A DNA stretch of 63,997 bases, the filler included, from Rhizaria sp. SCN 62-66 (Eukaryota): the NCBI GenBank assembly GCA_001724265.1. It is 5 parts of 5 records of this genome, joined end to end, with 100 filler letters (N's around TTAATTAATTAA, not from the genome) between each part and the next. Parts side by side here need not be neighbours in the genome. Positions count along the whole stretch, not along the records: positions 56,851 to 63,997 come from MEDY01000605.1; 4 more parts are not named here. One strand, given 5' to 3'. Of the stretch, positions 60,901 to 63,997 are shown piece after piece. The position numbers were made by a program, and so were the translations under genes. Numbering within the stretch: the stretch's first letter is position 1; each line of letters starts with the position of its first letter. The notes under the pieces are model-generated. The model was not told the DNA's origin and did no database searches. It saw only the letters and a program-made list of their open reading frames with translations.

Positions 60901-63102
60901 TTACATGCGCTCCACGAATCTTCGCTGTTGCCATTAGTGTTGGTGCCGTTACATGGGAGCGGGGTTAACATTGCGAGTGGTGATAACGACTCGTATGTGG
61001 CCGTGGATTCCGCGTCAAGACACGTAAGTCCGCAGTTGGAATTGGGAATGCACGTGCTCGTCACAACAGGATACGGAACTAGATTTGGGGGACAAAATGC
61101 TTCTGCATCAAGCGTCACACTTGTGTTTGAAGCAAGGGAGCACGCCATACTGCTGTAGCTCACGGAGCTTGACTGCGCAGTGTCCTCACAACCGTCGGGG
61201 CAGGTGGCGTGCTTGGCGGCGCACACTTCACGGGGCTCGCCGGGCACTGAGGGTGGGCAGCGCCAGACACCGCAGCCCGACGTCACGGCAACGGGCGCAG
61301 CAAGGGGCGTTAGAAGGGAAAGACAAATGTCGTTGGTGTAGGCGATCGTGAATTTGGGCTGCGCCGTCTGCAGTGAAATGTCGGCGCAAGCCTGCTAGGG
61401 ATAGTACTGCGTGCCGCAGTTGTTGATAGGCTGTACCACCACACATTCACCCCAGGTTATGCCGTCATAGCATATGCGCTGCGGCGCAATAGTACCGCCG
61501 TTAAGGGTAATGTAGCCGGAGTACTGCAAAAGAGTGCTTAGCTGTGTGGGCAAGCCGGGAGACATCAGTGTGCTCACTGAGTGGAAAGTCATTGCGGCGT
61601 ACGCCTGCACGTGCAGCAGTCGATTGCGGCATGTATCGCGTTGGGGAAATAAGAAAGTATGATAAGAAAATTGTAAAACAACAATACGTAAGACCGCACG
61701 TGGATGTGACTTGAATTTAATAATTGTGACGTACTGCGGAGGCGGGATACTTGAGTGAAAACAACGTGTGGTCAACCTCGTAATCGCGGTGACAGGTGCA
61801 CGCGTCGGCCGTAATGTTAAGGTTCGGAAACGCACTGTTAACGTCGGAAACAATGCCAGCACACGCCGTCGTAAAGCCATCTAAGGCGGACGGGAAGTAC
61901 TGGCGCATGACCTACCAGATCGTAAGGTACTCAATGTTGTTGCTCTGTAACCGCCACTTTGTCTCCGGGCAGAGAAATAGCGCCGCCGCGCCGTCCGTGG
62001 CGAGCTTGGACGAGTCGTAGACCGTCGGCGCCACGACAGCAACCGTCCCAGAGTTGAAATCCGCTGTCTTACGCAATCCTGTGCACGTGAGCGCAAAGCG
62101 CCTGCGGTCACCGAATTGGACAGTGTTTATCGCGTCCAAAAACGCGGCCATGTTGCTCGAGTTGGAGATTGTGCCGGTATACGCACCGTCGTTTCCTTCC
62201 AGTGTGAGCAGCAGCGGGGACATCTCCGTCGTCGTGGGGAAGCCAGCGTCTAGGCTGAACATAATATAACACGTGGGCGCGCCACCTGCAAGCAGCGTGC
62301 GTGGGATGTTGAAGTTGATTGCGAAAGCGCCAAAGGTGAACGACAGTGGGCGGTAGTAAGTGGTCCGATAGACCAACGCAACGTCGTCGTCAGCCGTGCC
62401 AGCGCCAGTAAACGCGATATCCGCGGACGAGTCAGGGAACAGGTTATGATCGTTCTTTGCCTTGTTGCCGAAGCTCGCCAGTGGCAGTGGCAACAGGACC
62501 TGGATGTCGTTGACCAGGACATCGCCAGAAGAGTACTTCACGACGCGCAGCGAAAAGTACCCAGAAGGCTTGGCGGCGGCGACGGTGAGGGGCGCAGCGA
62601 CGGGGATCCAAATCGTCATCTTCTTAGATGACCCAAGGCCAATCAAGTTGATGTACACATTAGGAGATCCTGACTGGGGACGGAAGAATTTGGTTGGGTA
62701 AAGCGTCTCAGTGTCGAAGGCGTCATCGAAGGCGTAGTAGGCAATGACGTCCTCGTTCATGACATAGTAAATATGGTCAAGTGATACAAAGAGTTGAAAA
62801 AACTGCGAATTGTCTTTTAACAAATGGTCTGAGTTGGCGGTAGGCTCAATAGTCAGCTCTACGAAAGCCGTGTTGCCTTGCACGCTTGTGAGCGTATAGC
62901 CTGCAACGCCGACGGTTGAGACGAGCGATGACGTGAATGTGAGGTTCGCAAGCGTCGGGCCAAAGGCAGCCGCCAGAAAGACGCTTTGCAGCAGGAACAC
63001 CAGCACAAACGCAAACGCAGCTACAGCGGAGCTACGGAAAGTGCGCAAAGATGGGATTGCGGCGGTGGGGTGTGGCCGCATCTGCGGATAGGGGCGATGC
63101 AT
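57966..63102 (-). CDS. Type-I membrane protein with TSP1 and EGF-like repeats, about 1670 aa; join(63102..61735,61604..57966), with in-frame TAG at 61912 and 61395
   Basis: N-terminal hydrophobic leader (AVAAFAFVLVFLLQSVFLAAA). TSP1 motifs WSACNAEKCGFGSQTRKTFC and CSSSCGTGIAHRAVRC. EGF motifs CKNGGQC..CVCADNWFGADC and CGAHGSC..CECKGDWSGALC. TM segment LIVAIVVPIGAAFLIALCIFIAY. One 130-nt GTACGT..CAG intron. The 3' end is ambiguous (TAG 57966, TGA 57894, or an intron at GTATGT). Confidence 0.8.
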
Positions 63103-63945
63103 GTGAAAAACAACAGCTGTTTCTTGCGAAGAACCTTAGAACAAAGAACAACGTCAATATAGCGCGCGGCAGAAAAAAAGCGAGATGCGCAAATAAAAGT
63201 GCAGTTCATGTGAAAATGTGCATTATGAGATGAGTGATTGAACGTGTAAAGCACACATGTGTTTAAACATTTGACTGCATAGCAAGCGTGGTAACGTGGA
63301 GAGACACTAAATGCCTCGATGGACCACGGATTACCGACAAAATACACTTTCGCATTGATATTTCACACGATTTGGCAGATAAAAATACACATTTGACGTA
63401 TGCAGTCCAATGTTACGTCTGTGGGTGGCTGGTAAACGTAATCATTACACTCTCAAGGTGTCAAATCTCCCTAACTCTGGAGATCTTGCGGAGAGAAAAA
63501 TCTTGGCCAAATGAAGGGGTCCGGAGGGTACGACTATAACTATATGTTAAATTTAATAGCTGATGCATCTATGACATTCGAAATTCCTTCAAACAAGCGC
63601 CTTGTTTTGGCCGCATAAGGGTCTATACAAAATCGCTCGTCTCAGCATCGCCTTTGCCGTCAAATTTTGACGGGCACCCCAGTTTTCAAATTTCGCCCAA
63701 TCAAAATTTGCCTAATTTTACCTAATTTTGATATTTTGAGAACCCCAGCAGAGTACAGTCCCGTCCGTAAACTCTTTCCGTGTGCCAGACACAGGCGGAT
63801 TGGCTCATCTCCAGGATTGATGTTCCCATCCTTAAATGTGAAAAAAAGTTAATATCGTTCGTATTTATTTTATTTTGGTGTGAATACTAAAATCAACAAA
63901 ATTGTATGAAGAGGTCGATATACCCTGGTTCATGTCTTCGTAGAC

Positions 63946-63997
63946 ATGACCTCTGAGTTCTCTCGGCCGCCGCAGCCTCTGTGGCACCCCCAGCCTC
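63946..63997 (+). CDS. Possible start of a gene running off the window
   Basis: ATG at an AT-to-GC transition, reading MTSEFSRPPQPLWHPQP; too short to verify. Confidence 0.25.
   Translation, partial: MTSEFSRPPQPLWHPQP

Noticed and set aside
61395-61914. Pyrrolysine-type recoding of TAG
   Set aside because: The genes are intron-containing and eukaryotic, no pyl genes are in view, the TAGs lie at non-catalytic positions in unrelated proteins, and no shared downstream element was seen.

Overview
This is eukaryotic (protist-like) nuclear DNA with GC-rich, Ala/Ser/Gly-rich exons and short AT-rich GT-AG introns whose donors are mostly GTACGT. The window is five contigs joined by artificial N44-TTAATTAATTAA-N44 linkers. 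Recognisable genes are histone H2A (5' part), a decayed CCCH/RBR-type E3 ligase, a giant cNMP-binding protein, ATAD5/ELG1, a Sel1-repeat protein, an 8-exon SET-domain protein, L2HGDH, RPS9 (5' part), a dually acylated MGCGAS protein, MMS19, a Zwint/Kre28/Sos7-like kinetochore protein, RAD50 (3' part) and a TSP1/EGF type-I membrane protein. The main signal is that TAG appears to be a sense codon. Three separate long reading frames are interrupted only by TAG (about 7 sites, no internal TAA or TGA). The 10 well-supported gene ends use only TAA (4) or TGA (6). This points to a rare nuclear code with UAG reassigned (Leu or Gln, unresolved) and UAA/UGA kept as stops. Gene models were built by eye and family calls rest on remembered motifs; no searches were run.
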